Shown one piece after another: positions 60,438 to 64,000 of a stretch of 64,000 nt of DNA. The first letter of the stretch is position 1; every line of letters starts with the position of its first letter. Source of the stretch: an uncultured Veillonellaceae bacterium (GTDB lineage: Bacteria; Bacillota; Negativicutes; JARBTT01); contig CAWDTA010000002.1 in assembly GCA_963805085.1 (NCBI GenBank), positions 96,001-160,000 of the forward strand, given 5' to 3'. The notes under the pieces are model-generated. The model was not told where the DNA came from. It saw nothing but the letters and a program-made list of their open reading frames with translations, and searched no databases. The translations under genes and the position numbers were made by a program.

Positions 60438-62912
60438 TTATTTCTTATTTTTCAAGCTTTCGCTGATTAGGTTAATAAAGTTATCATATCCAGCTTGGAA
60501 ACTAATTTCGATGCTTAGAATATAAATTGGCAATTGCCGATTAGAATGGATAATTTCTGCTGGTATTTTCACCGCATCTTTATCCGTAATAATGATTGCC
60601 TCTGCCCCTTGCTCCATTGCTTTGTCCAAAACAGCTTGCATTTCTGCCATTGTATAGTCATGATGATCAGGAAAACGGACACTATCGATTACTACTGCAC
60701 CAATATCGCTAATTGTCTGCTCAAATGATGCTGGGTTTCCAATTGCCGATACCGCAATTACTTGCTTATTTTTCAAGGTACTAACATCAATACTCTTGCT
60801 AGGAGTATCCTTATACCAATCAGCAATTTCAATAAAGCAACGTGGTTTATGAATACTTTCAACGACAAGGGCATGGTCATTATACCGAGCTACCGTTTCT
60901 TTTATGGTTTCACAAGCTTTTTTATCCGCTTGGTCAACCTTTGTTAACAGACAAACATCGGCACGATTTAAATGTGAAAGTGGCTCTCGTAACGTGCCCC
61001 GTGGTAACATGTAGTTATTGCCAAAGACGTTAATCGCATCTACTAGCAGGATATCTAAGTCTCGGAGTAAACGCCAATGCTGATACCCATCATCTAAGAT
61101 AACAACTTGGGCATTTAATTTCTCCACAGCATATTTACCGGTCTCTGCCCGATCTGCCCCAATTAGTACTGGTACTTTAGGCAAATTCTTCGCAAGTAAA
61201 AACGCTTCATCGCCAGCTTCCGCCGCTGACATATAAATTTTCTTGCCATCAGACACAACGCCTACTTTACCTTTCCATTTCGCCCGATAACCACGGTTTA
61301 AAATAACCACTCGATACCCCATATCACGAATTGCAGCTGCAAGTCGCTGTGCCGTTGGCGTTTTTCCTGTCCCGCCAACGGTAATATTCCCCAAACTGAT
61401 CACATGACAATCTAATCTGTATTGTTTAAAAATTCCCGAGCGATATAGTGCTATTGTCATTTCAATCAATTGACAATACACAAAAGAAAAAGCATACAAA
61501 ATACTCAAAAAAACATTAGGAAAAAACCCATTTTCGTCACCATGCACCAGTTTATATAAATAGGTCTGAAAGTTTTCGATCTGGCGTAGTGTTCTCTTCG
61601 GGCTTCTTGCTTTTTTTTGTTCATAAGTTCCTAACATTTCTCTTAGCAGTACTGCACTTTTTCTTGAAGCCCCTCGGTTTTCTTTTACGATTGCCAGCGT
61701 CTCTGCTTCCATTTCTAGTCTTAACTCAGGATTATGAAAAAGTTTTAAAATATTAGAACCAAGCTCAGCGGCATCATGAGCCGTAATGCAAGCATTACGG
61801 TTTGAAAATAAAGCATAGGTATCTTTAAAATTAAACATATTGGGTCCAACAATAATCGCTTTGCCATGTGCCGCTGGTTCTAATATATTATGCCCGCCAT
61901 GTGATACTAAACTACCACCAACATAAATAACATCACCAATACTATAGACTTTTCCGAGTTCACCAATCGTATCTAAAAGAACAACGTCATGTCCTGTTTC
62001 TACGCTTTTATTTAACGCCGTCCGTGTTTTCACTTTCATACCAAAAATTTTAGCAGTTTCGGTAATTTCACCAACTCGTAAAATATCACGAGGAGCAATA
62101 ATCAATTTTGCTGTAGGTATTTCCTTCTTTAGCTGACGAAATGCTTCTAGAATCAAATTTTCTTCGCCTTTATGCGTACTACCAGCAAGCAAAATCGCCC
62201 CTGAACCATTAAGTCCCATTTCATCAAGCAATTTTTGTTTTTCTTCTGGAGCTACATCCGTATAAGTTTGATCAAATTTCGTATTCCCAGTTATCGTAAC
62301 TAAATCAGGATTTGCCCCGAGTTTTATAATATATTTTGCATCTATGGGTGATTGCATACAAAATTTTTTCACAGTACCAATCATATCTTTTAAAACACCA
62401 CGCAAATGATGGTAGCGATTTACGCTTTTGTCACTAATTCTACCATTTACCATCATAACTGGAATATGATATTTACGTGCTGCTTTTAAGAAATTTGGCC
62501 ATAACTCTGTTTCTACTGGTAAAAACACACTTGGCATTACTTTTTTGACTACGCCACTACTAAGCCATGGCAAATCAAGCGGAAAATAAATAATACTATC
62601 CGCATCTTTGACGATTCTATTTGCCATTTCATAGCCATTATTCGTAACCACTGACACTAAAATCGGTTTTTTAGGAAATTCTAAACGAAATTCCTTGATT
62701 AACGGACTGGCAGCAACAATTTCACCGACAGAAGCTGCGTGTATCCAGATACACCCCTTATTTGCTACTGGTTCTAAGGCATCTTTATGTAAGAAACCAA
62801 AGCTTTGCCTCAGCCTCTCGACAAATCCTTTTTCACGCATAGCTCGTACCATAAATACCGGTATCGCTAATATTACCAGTATGATCGCCACTATGTTGTA
62901 TATAATCTGCAT
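60438..62912 (-). CDS. lpxK: Kdo transferase WaaA - tetraacyldisaccharide 4'-kinase LpxK fusion
   Basis: N-half HAASVGE, ETELWPN, GGHNILEP; C-half GNITVGGTGKTP, GDE, LDDGYQH and T.KDAVK. Confidence 0.92.
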   Translation of the reverse strand: MQIIYNIVAIILVILAIPVFMVRAMREKGFVERLRQSFGFLHKDALEPVANKGCIWIHAASVGEIVAASPLIKEFRLEFPKKPILVSVVTNNGYEMANRIVKDADSIIYFPLDLPWLSSGVVKKVMPSVFLPVETELWPNFLKAARKYHIPVMMVNGRISDKSVNRYHHLRGVLKDMIGTVKKFCMQSPIDAKYIIKLGANPDLVTITGNTKFDQTYTDVAPEEKQKLLDEMGLNGSGAILLAGSTHKGEENLILEAFRQLKKEIPTAKLIIAPRDILRVGEITETAKIFGMKVKTRTALNKSVETGHDVVLLDTIGELGKVYSIGDVIYVGGSLVSHGGHNILEPAAHGKAIIVGPNMFNFKDTYALFSNRNACITAHDAAELGSNILKLFHNPELRLEMEAETLAIVKENRGASRKSAVLLREMLGTYEQKKARSPKRTLRQIENFQTYLYKLVHGDENGFFPNVFLSILYAFSFVYCQLIEMTIALYRSGIFKQYRLDCHVISLGNITVGGTGKTPTAQRLAAAIRDMGYRVVILNRGYRAKWKGKVGVVSDGKKIYMSAAEAGDEAFLLAKNLPKVPVLIGADRAETGKYAVEKLNAQVVILDDGYQHWRLLRDLDILLVDAINVFGNNYMLPRGTLREPLSHLNRADVCLLTKVDQADKKACETIKETVARYNDHALVVESIHKPRCFIEIADWYKDTPSKSIDVSTLKNKQVIAVSAIGNPASFEQTISDIGAVVIDSVRFPDHHDYTMAEMQAVLDKAMEQGAEAIIITDKDAVKIPAEIIHSNRQLPIYILSIEISFQAGYDNFINLISESLKNKK

Positions 62913-62951
62913 GCCTGCACCTCACAATTATCGTTAATATAAAAAGCTACC

Positions 62952-64000
62952 TTAATCATGATTGTTAAATTGTATTTTAGATAAACTACTATATAATCCA
63001 TTCAACTGAAGTAACTCTTTATGTGTACCTTGTTCGACGATTTTCCCTTTTTCCAGAACAATAATACAATCTGCGTTTAATACTGTTGATAAGCGATGCG
63101 CAATCACAAAAGAAGTACGACCAACCATTAATTTATCTAATGCGACTTGTACGATTTTTTCACTTTCGGTATCCAAGGCTGATGTTGCTTCATCTAATAT
63201 CAAAATGCGTGGATTTTTCAATATGGCTCTAGCGATCGCAATCCGCTGTCTTTGTCCACCGGAAAGACTAGCACCACGTTCACCAATTTGGCTGTCATAT
63301 TCCTCTGGCATTGCCATAATAAATTCATGGGCATTGGCGGCTTTCGTTGCCGCAATGACCTGCTCTTTGCTCGCATCCAAATCACCATATAAAATATTAT
63401 CATATATAGATCCATTAAATAATACGGTTTCTTGTGGGACGATACCGATTTGCTGTCTTAATGAATCCAAGGTTACGTCCGTAATATCAACATCATCAAT
63501 AAAAATGTTGCCAGATTTCAAATCATAGAATCTCGGTATCAAGTTAGCAATCGTGCTTTTTCCTGCACCACTTGGTCCAACAATCGCAACCATTTGGCCT
63601 GCTTTTACTTCTAAACTAATATTATTTAATGCCAGTTCATTTGGTTTATATTCAAATATAACATTTTTAAAACTTACTTTACCATCAATTGTTGGTAATT
63701 GAATAGCACTTGCTTTTTCTCTTATTTCGGGTTCAGTATCAAGTACTTCAAATACTCTTTCTGCTGCTGCTAATGCTTTTTGAACATCCCCAAATAAACG
63801 GCTAAGCCTTTTAACGGGGTTCGCCAAATTTACAGCGTATACTAAGAATGCAACCAACTCTCCAGCACTCAATCTACCATTGACAACTTCAACACCGCCA
63901 TACCAAATAATACAAGTAACCCCAATTGCCGCTAAAAATTCAACAACCGGAGTCAAGGTCGCCATCACTTGCGTATTCTTCATTTGGGCACGGAAGTTAG
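62952..64000 (-). CDS. msbA: Lipid A flippase MsbA-like ABC transporter (5' beyond window)
   Basis: GPSGAGKST, LSGGQRQR, LDEATSALD motifs, position upstream of waaA-lpxK. Confidence 0.88.
   Translation of the reverse strand, partial: NFRAQMKNTQVMATLTPVVEFLAAIGVTCIIWYGGVEVVNGRLSAGELVAFLVYAVNLANPVKRLSRLFGDVQKALAAAERVFEVLDTEPEIREKASAIQLPTIDGKVSFKNVIFEYKPNELALNNISLEVKAGQMVAIVGPSGAGKSTIANLIPRFYDLKSGNIFIDDVDITDVTLDSLRQQIGIVPQETVLFNGSIYDNILYGDLDASKEQVIAATKAANAHEFIMAMPEEYDSQIGERGASLSGGQRQRIAIARAILKNPRILILDEATSALDTESEKIVQVALDKLMVGRTSFVIAHRLSTVLNADCIIVLEKGKIVEQGTHKELLQLNGLYSSLSKIQFNNHD

Noticed and set aside
1-64000. tRNA/rRNA genes, riboswitches, JUMPstart/ops element
   Set aside because: No recognisable signatures found by eye. 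A covariance-model search would be needed to exclude them.

Overview
AT-rich window from a diderm Firmicute (Negativicutes, Selenomonadales/Sporomusaceae-like). It holds the outer-membrane/LPS gene cluster, almost all on the minus strand. From right to left: msbA (partial), a waaA-lpxK fusion, kdsB/A/D/C, lpxL, lptC/A/B/FG, DUF3084, three SLH-beta-barrel OmpM porins, lptD, hldE halves, LPS core glycosyltransferases and waaL. A small DUF1659/DUF2922 toxin-antitoxin island follows. Next is an ABC-transporter-type O-polysaccharide locus (rfbN-like, wbaP, rmlACBD, wzm/wzt, a radical SAM-pyruvyltransferase fusion, GTs, gmd/fcl/manC, two broken acyltransferases). The window ends at a T1SS ABC remnant next to an IS21 end. 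Five points stand out: (1) the radical SAM/pyruvyltransferase fusion between a CBM-bearing Wzt and a coiled-coil GT, a candidate new chain-capping system; (2) four tandem ~122-bp sigmaH-like promoter units upstream of one ompM; (3) an 18-nt leader motif shared by all three ompM genes; (4) TA cassettes stacked behind a duplicated DUF2922 3' end; (5) two related structured MITE-like elements. All assignments come from reading motifs by eye; no searches were run.
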